Of a stretch of DNA of 64,000 bases, positions 63,301 to 64,000 are shown piece after piece (the first letter of the stretch is position 1; each line of letters begins with the position of its first letter). Below the pieces are notes generated by a model. The model was not told the DNA's origin, ran no database searches, and saw only the letters and a program-made list of their open reading frames with translations. A program made the translations under genes and the position numbers. This stretch comes from Schmidtea polychroa (lineage: Eukaryota): the NCBI GenBank assembly GCA_044892525.1, contig CM097885.1, forward strand, positions 185,442,001-185,506,000. Direction: 5' to 3'.

Positions 63301-63616
63301 TGAAATCGTTGCGAGTTCTTATGCTCGGACGGAATCGAATATCGAAGATCGAAGGTCTTGAAACACTGACTCGTCTCGATGTATTGGATTTGCATGCCAA
63401 TTCGATACAAGTGATTGAAAATATCAATCATCTCAGTGATTTGCGAGTGCTTAATCTTGCCGGCAATGTAATTACATGTTTGACCAACCTGAAGGGATTA
63501 TATTCCTTATCAGAAGTAAACGTCCGTCGCAATTGTGTGGAGTCCGTTATTGATGTAAATTCTACAAATTGTCCAAATTTGCAAAGAATTTTTCTGAGTT
63601 TTAACCATCTTGGGAG
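52911..63616 (+). CDS. LRRC49: Leucine-rich repeat-containing protein 49 orthologue, 5' exons; the gene continues beyond the last exon seen
   Basis: Exons 52911-53058 (tentative), 53106-53268, 53318-53455 and 63272-63616, with in-phase GT-AG introns of 47, 49 and 9816 bp. The spliced protein reads ...NPDRISLDRQNLTSCPILENEDNLRLLNYQYNYINQIQHLDKLRKLILLDLYDNR-IEKISGLEALKSLRVLMLGRNRISKIEGLETLTRLDVLDLHANSIQVIENINHLSDLRVLNLAGN...IFLSFNHL, colinear with vertebrate LRRC49 as I recall it. Confidence 0.85.
54549..56580 (-). mobile_element. SPIN/Charlie-type hAT (GTF2IRD2-like transposase), decayed, intronic
   Basis: TIR CAGGGGTGTCCAAC at 54549. Fragments: FNDKWTDDYFF...CLIC, SKPFADGEFIK, ALAIDESTDATDTAQLAIFIRG, VTDG...MVGKREG, HC, FGSTYICEQLFSRMK. 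Other TIR not found. Confidence 0.88.
56766..57040 (-). mobile_element. Short hAT transposase fragment
   Basis: PIKLAVEVLSRKDT...GIYERWNHDVMDLLRSLKDP parallels the LKPLELGVKELS...ILKRRNKEVVSLMKFLQ segment of the 60942 ORF. Confidence 0.5.
59197..62045 (+). mobile_element. hAT transposon with BED finger, decayed; ORFs 59944..60564, 60587.., 60942..61820
   Basis: SEVWIHF...CRKC...STTPLINHL..H (BED), ITVDEWT, HDGAALM, CYNHAIHLAV, KTRWNS, PTSTSSERVFSVAG...RSRL. ATCCGGAT subterminal repeats at both ends. Confidence 0.88.
59340..59733. mobile_element. Tc1/mariner-type MITE (394 bp) inside the hAT
   Basis: TA TSD (59338-59339, 59734-59735), TIRs CAGGGTTT(T)TCA.CGTATTTTG, and internal arrays of (T/G)TGACACAATGTCAAAAT. 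Confidence 0.85.
62643..62798. repeat. 40-bp minisatellite x~4
   Basis: The unit AAAAACGAAAACATTCTATCTACTGTGAAACGAACAATTC (with variants) starts at 62643, 62683, 62723 and 62763. Confidence 0.9.
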
Positions 63617-64000
63617 GTTGAGTTTTTTTATTTTATTATTATAATTATTTTATATATTATTTGGAAGAAAACAAAACACAACTAATTGTTGAAGTAGATT
63701 GAAAATAATTATTTCATAATCGAACATTCTCTTCAAATAATTAAACTTTTAATAATAAAAAAAGTCTTANNNNNNNNNNNNNNNNNNNNNNNNNNNNNNN
63801 NNNNNNNNNNNNNNNNNNNNNNNNNNNNNNNNNNNNNNNNNNNNNNNNNNNNNNNNNNNNNNNNNNNNNNNNNNNNNNNNNNNNNNNNNNNNNNNNNNNN
63901 NNNNNNNNNNNNNNNNNNNNNNNNNNNNNNNNNNNNNNNNNNNNNNNNNNNNNNNNNNNNNNNTTAATAAAAATAATTAATAATAATAATAGTAATTAAT

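Noticed and set aside
9945-63963. ORFs consisting mostly of X that span N runs (e.g. 9945..10313, 18858..19130, 38932..39365).
   Set aside because: Artefacts of masked or unknown bases.

Overview
AT-rich eukaryotic (animal-like) DNA, mostly mobile elements and their remnants, with two recognisable host genes. (1) 1-~6.3 kb is the end of a Maverick/Polinton (adintovirus-like) element. It carries a gasderminX-like ORF and a ~1444-codon protein-primed PolB broken by one in-frame TAG, followed by two tandem tRNA-like Pol III-type cassettes. (2) A Penelope-like GIY-YIG remnant with a degenerate hammerhead, a piggyBac-type MITE and a second, decayed pPolB. (3) ~9.9-30.3 kb is a 2.3-fold tandem amplification of an ~8.8 kb unit: an intronless SVOP-like MFS transporter, a Tc1/IS630 DD34E transposon and a compact 3.84 kb Gypsy element. 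That Gypsy has ~95 bp LTRs and a primer site that looks complementary to the 5' end, not the 3' end, of tRNA-Phe. (4) Polinton major-capsid, Mutator and nested hAT remnants, a ~390 bp palindrome and an orphan ORF. (5) Two further Gypsy elements; one is full length with AGTTA...TAACT LTRs, a GATTC TSD and a canonical -1 frameshift signal. (6) The 5' part of an LRRC49 orthologue, whose 9.8 kb intron holds hAT, Gypsy and mariner-MITE elements nested several deep. N runs look like masked AT-rich microsatellites. All family calls come from motif recognition by eye, not from database searches.
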